Assembly: GCA_963771355.1 (NCBI GenBank)
Contig: CAVYTA010000006.1
Location: 224,001-288,000 of the forward strand
Direction: 5' to 3'
From: an uncultured Candidatus Rokubacteria bacterium
GTDB lineage: Bacteria > Methylomirabilota > Methylomirabilia > Rokubacteriales > CSP1-6
Length of the DNA stretch: 64,000 bases
Shown: piece after piece, positions 9,435 through 21,444 of the stretch
Numbering within the stretch: position 1 is the first letter of the stretch
Layout of the letters: each line of letters opens with the position of its first letter
Position numbers and translations under genes: made by a program
The notes under the pieces: model-generated
Told to the model about the DNA's origin: nothing
Databases searched by the model: none
What the model saw: the letters and a program-made list of their open reading frames with translations, nothing else

Positions 9435-10687
9435 GCCCGGGTCGCCACCGCGCCGGCGGCGGGCTGCGGGGCCGGCGCATCGCGGAGCCCCTCGGGCCAC
9501 CAGTGATTCACCCAGCCCTCCCGGTTCCAGGTGCCGCGGAGGTCGGGCAGGACTTTTCGGGCAAACAGGTCGATGTTTTCTAGCGTGAGCTCGTGCGGCA
9601 TGGAGCCGATCTGGAGCAGCACCATGAGATTGCCCACGTTCAGGTCCTTGATCACTTCTTCCTTGAGCCGGTCGCGCACCGTGGCCGGGCTGCCCGCGAT
9701 GACATAGCCCTTCTCGACGAAATCGCGGTAGCGGAGCGTCTTGGGGTCCTCGGCGCGCCGCAGCGGCTTCGCCACCGTGGCCACCAGGCTGCGATAGTCC
9801 TGATTGCCGGGAGGGGAGAGGTACTGCACGGGCCAGTGCAGGCACTTGTGATAGAAGTACTCGACGTGCTTGGCGTACTTCTCCTCCGCCTGGGCGTCCG
9901 TCTCCCCGACCACGACGAGCTGCAGGAAGCCGGCCCGATAAGGATTGGTCTCCTTTCCCTTCTCGGTGACCACCTCCCAGTAGCCGTCCATCATGGACTT
10001 GGCCGCCTTCGCCCCCGAGTAGCTGAGGAAGCAGTAGCAGACGTCGTTGTCCACGGCAAAGTCGAAGGTGCTGATGCTGCCCGAGCCCGGCACCCAGACC
10101 GGCGGGTGCGGCTGCTGGATGGGGCGCGGCCAGAGGTTCACGTTGGCGAGCTGGTAGTAGCGGCCGTTCCAGGCGAAGATCTCGCGCGCCTGCCACGCCT
10201 TGAGCGTCAGCGCGAAGGCCTCGCGGTAGCGCTCGCGGTGCTCCATGGGCGTGATGCCATAGCAGAAGTTGACGTCCATCGGGCTGCCGAGCGGGAGGCC
10301 GGCCACCAGGCGCCCGCCGCTGATGCAGTCGAGCATGGCGTACTCCTCGGCCACGCGGATGGGCGGGTTGGACGTGGGCAGGGTGGCGCCCATCTGGACG
10401 ATGGCGACCCGGCTCCCGTTCGTCGCCTTGGCGAGCACGGCGCCCATGATGTTCGGGCTCGGCATGAAGCCGTAGGCGTTCTGATGGTGCTCGTTGGTGC
10501 AGACGCCGTCGAATCCCGACCGGGCCGCGAAGAGCAGCTCGTCGAGCGTCCAGTTGTAGTACTGGCCGACCCGGCGCGGGTCGGCGAGCTCCCACCACGG
10601 CGGGGTCACCCACACCGACTCGTAGCGCTTCTCGAAGTCTGCCGGCAGCTCGCGGTGGGGCATCAGATGGAACATGCTGATCTTCAT
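9431..10687 (-). CDS. LLM-class (luciferase-like) flavin-dependent oxidoreductase
   Basis: GFDGVCTNEHH, PIRVAEEYAMLDCISGGR, PRPIQQPHPPVW. Confidence 0.9.
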   Translation of the reverse strand: MKISMFHLMPHRELPADFEKRYESVWVTPPWWELADPRRVGQYYNWTLDELLFAARSGFDGVCTNEHHQNAYGFMPSPNIMGAVLAKATNGSRVAIVQMGATLPTSNPPIRVAEEYAMLDCISGGRLVAGLPLGSPMDVNFCYGITPMEHRERYREAFALTLKAWQAREIFAWNGRYYQLANVNLWPRPIQQPHPPVWVPGSGSISTFDFAVDNDVCYCFLSYSGAKAAKSMMDGYWEVVTEKGKETNPYRAGFLQLVVVGETDAQAEEKYAKHVEYFYHKCLHWPVQYLSPPGNQDYRSLVATVAKPLRRAEDPKTLRYRDFVEKGYVIAGSPATVRDRLKEEVIKDLNVGNLMVLLQIGSMPHELTLENIDLFARKVLPDLRGTWNREGWVNHWWPEGLRDAPAPQPAAGAVATRA

Positions 10688-10715
10688 CGGATCTCCCTTG
10701 GGTGGTCTCGAGGCT

Positions 10716-11501
10716 TCAGGCGGCGGTCACGCCGCCGTCGACGGGCAGGGCCGCGCCGGTGATGAAGGAGGCTTCGTCGGAGAGAAGGAAGAGGGCGGCA
10801 TTCGCGATCTCGTCGGGCCGGCCGGTGCGGCCCAGCGGTACCGAGCCGCCGGCGCGCTTGCGCACCAGCTCCTCCGGGTCCATGCCGGCGGTGGACTTCT
10901 GGTCGGGCCGGGCCACGAACACGCGCAGCATCGGCGTGTCGATGGGCCCGGGACACACCGCGTTCACGCGGATCTTCTCGGGGGCGAGCCGCACCGCCAG
11001 GCTCTTGACGAAGCCCACCACGCCGAACTTGCACATCGAGTAGACGGGGCTATAGGCGGAGCCCTGGAGCCCGGAGGTGGAGGCGGTGAAGAGCAGGCTG
11101 CCGCCCCCGCGGGCGCGCAGCTCCGGGATGGCCGCCTCGGTGGTCATGAGCACCGTGCGGAGATTGAGATCGATGGCGAGGTCGAAGGCGCTCATGTCGA
11201 TGCCCTCGACGGCGGCCGGTCCCGGATGGCCGACGTGGTTCCAGACGAAGTCGAGCCCCTTGAAGCGGGTCACCGTGTCCCACACGATGCGCCGCGAGTC
11301 CTCGTCCCGGGTCAGGTCCGCGGGGATGCCGAGCGCGGTGCCGCCGGCGGCGGTGATCTCGCCGACGACGCGCTGCACGCCCGGCGCGTCCACGTCCACC
11401 ACCGCGACCTGCGCGCCCTCGCGCGCGAAGCGCAGGGCGCCGGCCCGGCCCATGCCCGAGGCGGCGGCGGTCACGATCCCGATCTTCCCGGCCAGGCGCA
11501 T
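10716..11501 (-). CDS. SDR family oxidoreductase
   Basis: TAAASGMG, YSMCK, VNAVCPGPIDT, VDGG. Confidence 0.9.
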   Translation of the reverse strand: MRLAGKIGIVTAAASGMGRAGALRFAREGAQVAVVDVDAPGVQRVVGEITAAGGTALGIPADLTRDEDSRRIVWDTVTRFKGLDFVWNHVGHPGPAAVEGIDMSAFDLAIDLNLRTVLMTTEAAIPELRARGGGSLLFTASTSGLQGSAYSPVYSMCKFGVVGFVKSLAVRLAPEKIRVNAVCPGPIDTPMLRVFVARPDQKSTAGMDPEELVRKRAGGSVPLGRTGRPDEIANAALFLLSDEASFITGAALPVDGGVTAA

Positions 11502-11589
11502 CGGTCCAGATTCTATACCCGTCGGGACCGGGGGGAAACACCGCCCGCGCTTGACACCCGGCCGTCGCGCGGGCAAGTTCGTGAGCGAC

Positions 11590-13608
<2,019 letters not shown>

Positions 13609-13609
<1 letters not shown>

Positions 13610-14571
13610 TGAGCGATACCCTCGCGTTCCTGCTCCAGTACGGCTACGTGATTCTCTACGCCTGCGTGCTGGCCGAGCAGGTCGGGCTTCCGGTCCCCGC
13701 GGTGCCGGTCCTGCTCGGGATGGGCGCGCTCGCCGGCGCCGGAGAGATGAGCCTGCCGCTCGCGCTCGGCGTGGTGCTGGCAGCGTCCTTGCCGCCGGAC
13801 CTCGTCTGGTACGAGCTCGGGCGGCGCCGTGGTCCGCGAGTGCTCGCTCGCATCTGCGCGATCTCGCTCGAGCCGGACTGGTGCGTCCGGCGGACCGAGA
13901 GCATGTTCATCCGGTTCGGCCGGAAGCTCCTGCTGGTCGCGAAGTTCCTGCCCGGGCTGAGCGCGGTGGCCTCGCCGCTGGCCGGGTCGGCCGGCGTGGC
14001 GCGGTGGCAGTTCGTCCTGCTCGACGTCACCGGCGCGCTGCTATGGGCCGGAACCTGGATGGGGATCGGCTATGCTTTCAGCGAGGCCCTGGACGTGGTG
14101 GCGGGTTGGGTCGCCCGGCTCGGCGGCTATGCGCTGCTGCTCGCGGGGGCCGCCTTGGCTGCCTACGTCGTGTTGAAGTATGCCAAGCGGCAGCGCATCT
14201 TCCGAGAGCTGCGGATGGCGCGCATCACCCCCGACGAGCTCAGGCGCCGGATCGACGCCGGCGACGGCGGCCTGGCCATCATCGACACCCGATCGGCGCT
14301 GGACGTGAGGGCGGTGCCCTTTCTGATCCCCGGCGCGATACGGATCGACGCCGACGAGGTCGAACGGCGCCACGCCGAGCTGCCGAAGGACCGAGAAATC
14401 GTCTTGTACTGCACCTGACCCAATGAAGCCACGAGCGCCCGGGTGGCGCTACGGCTCAAGCGACTCGGCTTCATGCGGGTCCGGCCCCTTCTGGGTGGCA
14501 TCGCGCTGTGGATGGACCAGAAATTCCCCGTGGAGGACATCCCGGAGCTTTTACTCGGTCCGCGCCCATGA
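13609..14571 (+). CDS. DedA (VTT) + rhodanese-domain membrane protein; predicted selenoprotein (TGA=Sec at 14416-14418, U270 of 320 aa)
   Basis: DedA motifs (EQVGLPVP, AKFLPG), then rhodanese DREIVLYCT-TGA-PNEATSARVALRLKRLGFMRVRPLLGGIALW up to a stop at 14569-14571; family motif recalled as YCxCPNE; hairpin follows the TGA. Confidence 0.85.
14424..14458 (+). promoter_or_regulatory. Candidate bacterial SECIS element (DedA-rhodanese)
   Basis: Upper stem AGCGCC/GGCGCT (14434-14450) with loop CGGGT at +22 to +26 from the UGA; lower stem TGA(A)GCC/GGCTCA. Confidence 0.7.
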
Positions 14572-14699
14572 CTCGTCGGTCGCCCGACGCCATGGGACCT
14601 TTTGCGGCCATGTTTCCGTGCACTTGCCGCCGGGTCGTGCTGGCTCGGTCGAGCTGGAAGCTAGTGAAGCGGCCGAGCCATCAAAAGGGCGTGGCTCAT

Positions 14700-16007
14700 A
14701 TGTTCCGTCTTCTGGGTAGTGTGGCGCTGATCGGGATGTTCTCGGGCCTGGTGGCCTGCGATCGGTCGCCTCAGGTCAACGCCGCCCCCAAGCCGCCCGC
14801 GGTCACGGTGGTGGCGGTCGCGCAACGCTCGGTCCCCGTGTACGGCCAGTACGTGGGTCAGACGGAAGCGGTGAAGACGGTCGAGGTGCGGGCGCGGGTC
14901 GAGGGCTTCATCGAGCGGCAGGTAGCGCCCGACGGGGCCAACGTCAAGGCGGGCGATCTCCTCTTCGTCATCGATGCGCGCCCCTTGCAGGCCGCGCTCC
15001 GCCAGGCGGAGGCCAATGTCGCCCGCGACAGCGCCGCGCTTCATCAGGCGGAAGCAGCCCTGACTCAGCGCGAGGCCGATGTGCGCCAGGCGCAGGCCAA
15101 TGTCGAGCGCGACGTCGCGCAGGCCGAGAATGCCCGCACGCAGGAAGGGCGCTATCGCGCCCTCCTCGAGAAAGAGCTGATCGCCCGCGAGCAGTACGAC
15201 CAGATCCGCACCAACATGACCGCGCTGGAGGCTACCGCGCAGGCCGACCGCGCCGCCCTCGAGAACGCGCGGGCCGCGCTCGCCGCCTCCCGGGCCGCCA
15301 TCGAGAACGCGCGGGCCTCGGTCCGCGCCAACGAGGCCGCGGCCGACAGCGCCCGGCTCCAGCTCGACTACACCTCCATCAGATCGCCGCTGGACGGGCG
15401 CATGGGGCGGGCCGAGGTCCGGGTGGGGGCGCTGGTCGGTAAGGGCGACGCCACGCTCCTGGCCACGGTGTCCACGCTCGATCCGATGTACGTCAGCTTC
15501 AGCGTGAGCGAGCGCGAGGCGCTGTCCGTGTGGGGGCGTCGCCGGGCGGAGATGCCGGCGCAGCCGAGCGTCTCCGGCATCACCCTGACGCTCCCGGACG
15601 ATACCCGGTACGCGCACGACGGGCGGCTCGACTTCGTCGACCGCGCGGTGGACCCGCGGACGGGCACCCTCGCTCTGCGCGCCGCCTTCCCGAACCCGGA
15701 GCGCAAGCTCCAGCCGGGCCAGTACGTACGGATCCAGGTCCTCCTCTCCGAGCGCCCCGACGCACTCGTCGTGCCTCAGGCCGCGATCCAGGAGAGCCAG
15801 GGTTCGGCGTCGCTGTTCGTGGTCGCGCCGGATCAGACAGTGCAGACACGTGCGGTGCGGATGGGACCGCGCCTGGGACCGCTGTGGGTCGTCGAGGAAG
15901 GCGTGAAGCCCGGCGAGCACGTCGTGGTCAAGGGCCTCCAGCAGATCCGGACCGGGATCCGCGTGGAGCCGACCCTGGAGCCCCTTCCGGCCGCCACCGG
16001 GGGCTAG
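14700..16007 (+). CDS. RND efflux periplasmic adaptor (membrane fusion) lipoprotein
   Basis: Lipobox LVAC, VEVRARVEG, coiled-coil hairpin, IRSPLDG, VDPRTGT. Confidence 0.92.
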   Translation: MFRLLGSVALIGMFSGLVACDRSPQVNAAPKPPAVTVVAVAQRSVPVYGQYVGQTEAVKTVEVRARVEGFIERQVAPDGANVKAGDLLFVIDARPLQAALRQAEANVARDSAALHQAEAALTQREADVRQAQANVERDVAQAENARTQEGRYRALLEKELIAREQYDQIRTNMTALEATAQADRAALENARAALAASRAAIENARASVRANEAAADSARLQLDYTSIRSPLDGRMGRAEVRVGALVGKGDATLLATVSTLDPMYVSFSVSEREALSVWGRRRAEMPAQPSVSGITLTLPDDTRYAHDGRLDFVDRAVDPRTGTLALRAAFPNPERKLQPGQYVRIQVLLSERPDALVVPQAAIQESQGSASLFVVAPDQTVQTRAVRMGPRLGPLWVVEEGVKPGEHVVVKGLQQIRTGIRVEPTLEPLPAATGG

Positions 16008-16013
16008 CCGCCG

Positions 16014-19000
16014 ATGTTCGTCAACTTCTTCATCGACCGCCCGATCTTTGCCTCGGTGCTCGCCATCGTCATCGTGGTGGCCGGCGCGGTGGCGATTCCG
16101 TTCCTGCCCATCGCGCAGTTTCCCGAGATCACGCCGCCGCAGGTGGTGGTGACCGCCACCTATCCGGGGGCGAGCGCCGAGGTCGTGGAGCAGACGGTGG
16201 CCACGCCCATCGAGCAGCAGGTCAACGGCGTCGAGGACATGATCTACATGTCCTCCCGCAGCGGCAGCGATGGCACGATGACGCTCACGGTGACGTTCAA
16301 GGTCGGTGCCGACCTCGACATCGCCGCCGTGAACGTGCAGAACCGCGTCTCCATCGCCCAGGCGAAGCTGCCCGCGGATGTGACCCGGCAGGGGATCACC
16401 ATCACCAAGCAAAGTCCGGATCTCGTCGAGATCGTCGCCTTGGTCTCCCCCGACGGGAGCCGCGACGAGCTCTACCTGGCGAACTACGCCACGCTCCAGG
16501 TCGTGGACGTGCTGGCGCGGGTGCCCGGGGTGGGGCAGGTGACCGTCTTCAACGGGCGGGACTATGGCATGCGGCTCTGGCTGAACCCCGACCGGCTCGC
16601 CGGCCTGGGGCTCACCGCCGGGGACGTGGCCGACGCGGTCCGGGAGCAGAACCTCCAGGCCGCCGCCGGTCAGATCGGCCAGCCGCCGTCACTCCCCGGG
16701 CAGCAGTTCCAGTACACGGTCACCACGCGTGGGCGCCTGTCGACGCCGGCCGAATTCGAGGACATCATCCTCCGCACGCGGTCCGACGGCTCGCTGCTCC
16801 GCGTCCGTGACGTCGCCCGGGTCGAGCTGGGCGCCCAGAGCTATGGGTCCTTCGGCCGAGTGGGCGGGAAGCCGGCCGCGCTCATCGGCATCTTCCAGCT
16901 GCCCGGCGCCAACGCCCTCGAGGTGTCGAAAGGGGTCCAGGCGGCGGTGGCGCGGCTCGCCCCGAGCTTTCCGGGTGGGGTCACCCATGAGCGCCCGTAC
17001 AACACGACGGAGTTCGTCCGGGTCTCGATCGAGGAGGTCGTGCTGACCCTCCTCATCGCGATCGGCCTCGTCGTCCTCACCGTCTACGTCTTCCTGCAGG
17101 ACTGGCGGGCCACCCTCATCCCGACCCTGACCATCCCGGTGTCGCTGGTGGGGACCTTCGCCGTCATCAGCGTGTTCGGGTTCTCGATCAATACGCTGAC
17201 GCTCTTCGGCCTCGTCCTGGCCATCGGGATCGTGGTGGACGACGCCATCGTGGTGGTGGAGAACACCCAGCGGCACCTCGACGAGGAGGGCTTGGATCCG
17301 CGCGAGGCGGCCCGTCGAGCGACCGCGGAAGTGGTGGGCCCGGTCATCGCCACCGCGCTCGTGTTGATGGCGGTGTTCATCCCGATCGCCTTCCTGCCCG
17401 GCATCACCGGCCAGCTCTACCGGCAGTTCGCGCTGACCATCGCGGTGTCGGTGGCGCTGTCCGCGCTGAATGCGCTCACGCTGACCCCGGCGCTGTGCGC
17501 GCTCCTCCTCCGTCCCGCCGGCGCGGCCCGGAAGCGCTGGCTCGGCCGGGTCTGGGACGCGGGGTTTCTCCGGCTCACCAACGGCTACGATCGGACCGTC
17601 CGGCGCATCGTCCGGCGGGCCGGGCTCGCGGTGGTGGTGCTGCTGCTCCTGGGCGGCGCCGCCTACGCGTTGCTGCGCGTGGTGCCCACGGGCTTCGCGC
17701 CCACCGAGGACCAGGGCTATCTGCTCGTCAACGCCCAGCTCCCCGACGCCGCCTCCGTGGAGCGCACCGACGCCGTCGTTCGCCAGATCGAGCAGATCCT
17801 GCTCGAGACGCCCGGTGTCGAGACGGTGGTGGCCATCGGCGGGCGCAGCTTCATCACGGGCGTCAATGGCCCGAACGTGGCCTCCCTCTTCCCCCGGCTC
17901 ACGGAGTGGTCCCATCGGAAGGCGCCCGAGCTCCAGGCCGGAGCCATCCTGGCCCGCCTGCGCGCGCGCCTCGGCAGCATCCAGGAGGCCTCCATCGTGG
18001 TCTTTCCGCCGCCCCCCATCCGGGGTATCAGCTCCGGCGGCGGGTTCCAGTTCGAGCTGCAAAGCGTGGGCGGCGGCTCGCTCCAGGAGCTCGACGCCAC
18101 CGCCCGGAAGATCATGGACGCAGCCCGCCAGCGTCCGGAGCTGGCGGCGACCTTCACGGGGTTCCGGCCGGGCGTGCCGCAGCTCGACGCGCAGGTGGAC
18201 CGCGCCAAGGCCAAGGCGCTCGGGGTGCCGCTGTCCGACGTCTTCTCGAGCCTGCAGATCTTCCTGGGCTCGCTCTACGTCAACGACTTCAACGCCTTCG
18301 GTCGTGTGTATCGTGTCCAGCTCCAGGCCGAGCCGAGCTTCCGCACCTCCCCCAGCGACGTGGCGCGACTCTATGTCCGGAGCCAGCCCTCCGCCAGCGG
18401 CCAGCCCGCCCAGATGGTGCCGCTGAGCACGCTCGTCTCCGTGAAGCCCATCACCGGGCCCGACACGATCTCCCACTACAATCTCTATCGGACGGCGGAG
18501 ATCGCGGGTGACACGGCGCCCGGCGCCAGCTCCGGTCAGGCCATCGCGGCCATGCAGGACGTGGCGCGCACCGTCATGCCACCCGGCATGTCATATGAGT
18601 GGACGGGCCTCGCCTTCCAGGAGATCGAGGCGGGCAGCCGCGCGGGGTTCGTCTTCGGCCTGTCCGCGCTCTTCGTCTTCCTCGTCCTGGCCGCCCAGTA
18701 CGAGAGCTGGCTCGTCCCTCTGGCGGTGCTCCTGGCGGTGCCACTCGGTGTGCTCGGCGCGCTGGGGGCCCTCTGGATGAGCGGCCTGGCCAACGACGTG
18801 TATGCCCAGATCGGCCTCGCGCTCCTCATCGGGCTGGCGAGCAAGAACGCCATCCTCATCGTGGAGTTCGCCAAGGAGCGCCGGGAGCACGGGACCGAGA
18901 TCCAGGAAGCGGCGCGGGAAGCCGCCCGGCTGCGCTTCCGACCCATCCTGATGACGTCCTTCGCGTTCATTCTGGGCTCGCTTCCGCTGGTCTTCGCGTC

Positions 19001-19190
19001 GGGAGCGGGCGCCGCCAGCCGGAACTCGATGGGCACCACGGTGGTGGGCGGGATGCTCGCGGTGACGGTGCTCGGCGTGCTGCTCGTCCCGGCCTTCTAC
19101 GTCGCGGTGGAGAAGCTCGCGGAGTGGCGGAAACGCCCCGAACCGATCCCCGCTCCGCCGGCCGATCGCGCCATCGAGAGGTCGCGTTAG
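16014..19190 (+). CDS. RND efflux permease, HAE1 (AcrB/MexF-like)
   Basis: FFIDRPIFA, GIVVDDAIVVVEN, KNAILIVEFA, RFRPILMTS; 1058 aa. Confidence 0.96.
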   Translation: MFVNFFIDRPIFASVLAIVIVVAGAVAIPFLPIAQFPEITPPQVVVTATYPGASAEVVEQTVATPIEQQVNGVEDMIYMSSRSGSDGTMTLTVTFKVGADLDIAAVNVQNRVSIAQAKLPADVTRQGITITKQSPDLVEIVALVSPDGSRDELYLANYATLQVVDVLARVPGVGQVTVFNGRDYGMRLWLNPDRLAGLGLTAGDVADAVREQNLQAAAGQIGQPPSLPGQQFQYTVTTRGRLSTPAEFEDIILRTRSDGSLLRVRDVARVELGAQSYGSFGRVGGKPAALIGIFQLPGANALEVSKGVQAAVARLAPSFPGGVTHERPYNTTEFVRVSIEEVVLTLLIAIGLVVLTVYVFLQDWRATLIPTLTIPVSLVGTFAVISVFGFSINTLTLFGLVLAIGIVVDDAIVVVENTQRHLDEEGLDPREAARRATAEVVGPVIATALVLMAVFIPIAFLPGITGQLYRQFALTIAVSVALSALNALTLTPALCALLLRPAGAARKRWLGRVWDAGFLRLTNGYDRTVRRIVRRAGLAVVVLLLLGGAAYALLRVVPTGFAPTEDQGYLLVNAQLPDAASVERTDAVVRQIEQILLETPGVETVVAIGGRSFITGVNGPNVASLFPRLTEWSHRKAPELQAGAILARLRARLGSIQEASIVVFPPPPIRGISSGGGFQFELQSVGGGSLQELDATARKIMDAARQRPELAATFTGFRPGVPQLDAQVDRAKAKALGVPLSDVFSSLQIFLGSLYVNDFNAFGRVYRVQLQAEPSFRTSPSDVARLYVRSQPSASGQPAQMVPLSTLVSVKPITGPDTISHYNLYRTAEIAGDTAPGASSGQAIAAMQDVARTVMPPGMSYEWTGLAFQEIEAGSRAGFVFGLSALFVFLVLAAQYESWLVPLAVLLAVPLGVLGALGALWMSGLANDVYAQIGLALLIGLASKNAILIVEFAKERREHGTEIQEAAREAARLRFRPILMTSFAFILGSLPLVFASGAGAASRNSMGTTVVGGMLAVTVLGVLLVPAFYVAVEKLAEWRKRPEPIPAPPADRAIERSR

Positions 19191-19297
19191 GGCTCGACCC
19201 GAAGCCCCGCATCCGTTTGACCTCCTCCGCGCAGTCTGGCAGGATCGACGCGCGACCTTCCCGACCCCGGACCGGTGCCGTTCCAGGAGGAGGGGAC

Positions 19298-21421
19298 ATG
19301 ATGCGCGGACATTCGATGATGGCTCTCGTGGCGCTCATCCTCGCGGGCCTGTCCGGTGGCGCCTTCGCGCAGGGCGGCGGGGCGGCCAAAGGCTCCGCCG
19401 AGCACATCCGGGCCGCGACCGGCAAGGTCGACGGCGCCGCCATCGCCGCCAATGCGCGAATGACGCGGGACTGGCCTACCCATGGCCTGGACTACGCCGA
19501 GACGCGCTTCAGCCGGCTCAGCCAGATCAACGCGGACAACGTCAAAGTCCTCGGCCTTGCCTGGGCGTACGACCTCGAGTCCACGCGCGGGGTTGAGGCG
19601 ACGCCGCTGGTGGTGGACGGTGTCATGTACGTCAGCGCCTCGTGGAGCGTCGTGCACGCCGTCGACGTGCGTAACGGCAAACGCCTGTGGGTCTACGATC
19701 CCGATGTCCCACGGGAAACGGGCTACAAGGGGTGCTGCGACGTGGTCAACCGCGGCGTCGCCCTCTACAAGGGCAAGGTCTTCGTCGCCACCTACGACGG
19801 TCGCCTGGTGGCCCTGGACGCCGCCACCGGCAACGTAGTGTGGACGAAGGACACCATCATCGACCGCTCGCGCTCCTACACTATCACCGGCGCCCCGCGC
19901 GTCTACAGGGGCAAGGTGATCATCGGCAACGGTGGCGCCGAGTACGGGGTCCGCGGGTACATCACTGCCTACGACACCGAGACCGGCGCCCAGCGCTGGC
20001 GCTGGTTCACGGTGCCGGGCGATCCCTCCAAGCCCTTCGAGGATGCCTCGATGGCCCGCGCCGCCAAGACGTGGGATCCGAGCGGCAAGTACTGGGAGGC
20101 CGGCGGCGGGGGAACCGCGTGGGACACGATGACCTTCGATCCCGACCTCAACCTCATGTACGTGGGCACCGGCAACGGTTCGCCGTGGGCGCGGAGCAAG
20201 CGGAGCCCGGCGGGCGGGGACAATCTCTACCTGGCTTCCATCGTCGCCCTCAACCCCGACACCGGAAAATACGTCTGGCACTACCAGGAGACGCCGGGGG
20301 ACAACTGGGACTTCACCTCGACGCAGCCGATGATCCTGGCCGACCTCAAGATCGACGGCGCCGCCCGCAAGGTGATCCTGCACGCGCCGAAGAACGGCTT
20401 CTTCTTCGTCATCGACCGCACCAGCGGCAAGCTCATCTCGGCGAAGAACTTCGTCGACGTGAACTGGGCCACCGGCTATGACAAGGGCGGGCGCCCGATC
20501 GAGACGCCCGAAGCCCGGGTAGTGGACCGGCCGCGCGAGATCATCCCGAGCCCCTACGGCGCGCGTAACTGGCACCCGATGTCGTTCAACCCGCAGACCG
20601 GCCTCGTCTATATGCCGGTGCAAGGCGTGCCGGTCAACCTGATGGACAACAAGAACTGGAAGCTGGGCGGCAACACGCCCGGTGAGCCCCACGGCGGGCT
20701 CGGCTGGAACCTGGCCATGTACGCCAATGCGGAGCCGCCCAAGAGCAAGCCCTTCGGCCGCCTCGTCGCCTGGGATCCGGTGCAACAGAAGGAAGCGTGG
20801 CGCCAGGAACACGTGTCCCCGTGGAACGGCGGCACGCTCACCACCGCCGGCAACCTCGTGTTCCAGGGCACCGCCGACGGGCGTTTCATGGCCTACAACG
20901 CCACCACCGGCGAGAAGCGGTGGGAAGCCCCGACGGGGACCGGCGTGGTGGCGGGGCCGGTCACGTATCTCGTGGACGGAACGCAGTACGTATCGGTGGC
21001 GGTGGGCTGGGGTGGAGTCTACGGCGTCATGCATCGCGCCACCAACCGGCAGGGACCGGGCACGGTCTACACCTTCGCTCTCGGCCGGAACGTCAAGGCG
21101 CCTGACTTCGTCGAGTACCAGCAGGGCGCGCTGGTCCAGGGCGTCAAGTACGATCCCGCCCATGTGCAGGAAGGCACCCTCCTCTACGTCAGCAACTGTG
21201 TGTTCTGCCATGGCGTCCCCGGGGTGGACCGCGGCGGCAACGTGAAGAACCTGGGCTACGCGTCAAGCGAGGTGATCGGCAACCTCGAGAAATTCGTGTA
21301 CCGGGGCCCGACCATGGCGGTGGGCATGCCCGACTTCACCGGCAAGCTCACGCCGGACCAGCTCGAGAAGATCAAGGCGTTCATCCAGGGTACGGCGGAC
21401 GCGATCCGGCCGAAGAACTAG
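19298..21421 (+). CDS. Type II quinohemoprotein alcohol dehydrogenase (PQQ + heme c)
   Basis: Signal peptide, GCCDVVNRG vicinal Cys pair, GNGGAEYGVRG, WDFTSTQ, C-terminal CVFCH heme motif. Confidence 0.93.
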   Translation: MMRGHSMMALVALILAGLSGGAFAQGGGAAKGSAEHIRAATGKVDGAAIAANARMTRDWPTHGLDYAETRFSRLSQINADNVKVLGLAWAYDLESTRGVEATPLVVDGVMYVSASWSVVHAVDVRNGKRLWVYDPDVPRETGYKGCCDVVNRGVALYKGKVFVATYDGRLVALDAATGNVVWTKDTIIDRSRSYTITGAPRVYRGKVIIGNGGAEYGVRGYITAYDTETGAQRWRWFTVPGDPSKPFEDASMARAAKTWDPSGKYWEAGGGGTAWDTMTFDPDLNLMYVGTGNGSPWARSKRSPAGGDNLYLASIVALNPDTGKYVWHYQETPGDNWDFTSTQPMILADLKIDGAARKVILHAPKNGFFFVIDRTSGKLISAKNFVDVNWATGYDKGGRPIETPEARVVDRPREIIPSPYGARNWHPMSFNPQTGLVYMPVQGVPVNLMDNKNWKLGGNTPGEPHGGLGWNLAMYANAEPPKSKPFGRLVAWDPVQQKEAWRQEHVSPWNGGTLTTAGNLVFQGTADGRFMAYNATTGEKRWEAPTGTGVVAGPVTYLVDGTQYVSVAVGWGGVYGVMHRATNRQGPGTVYTFALGRNVKAPDFVEYQQGALVQGVKYDPAHVQEGTLLYVSNCVFCHGVPGVDRGGNVKNLGYASSEVIGNLEKFVYRGPTMAVGMPDFTGKLTPDQLEKIKAFIQGTADAIRPKN

Positions 21422-21444
21422 CCGGGTCGAACAGGAGGCGTCCC

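Noticed and set aside
8643..10613. Long alternative-frame and antisense ORFs (e.g. 656 aa here, also 11513-13447, 14661-16412, 43494-44387)
   Set aside because: Arg/Pro/Gly-rich shadow frames expected at high GC; they overlap well-supported genes
18599..19297. N-terminal extension of the 940-aa ORF
   Set aside because: It overlaps the RND gene; the RBS and signal peptide indicate a start at 19298
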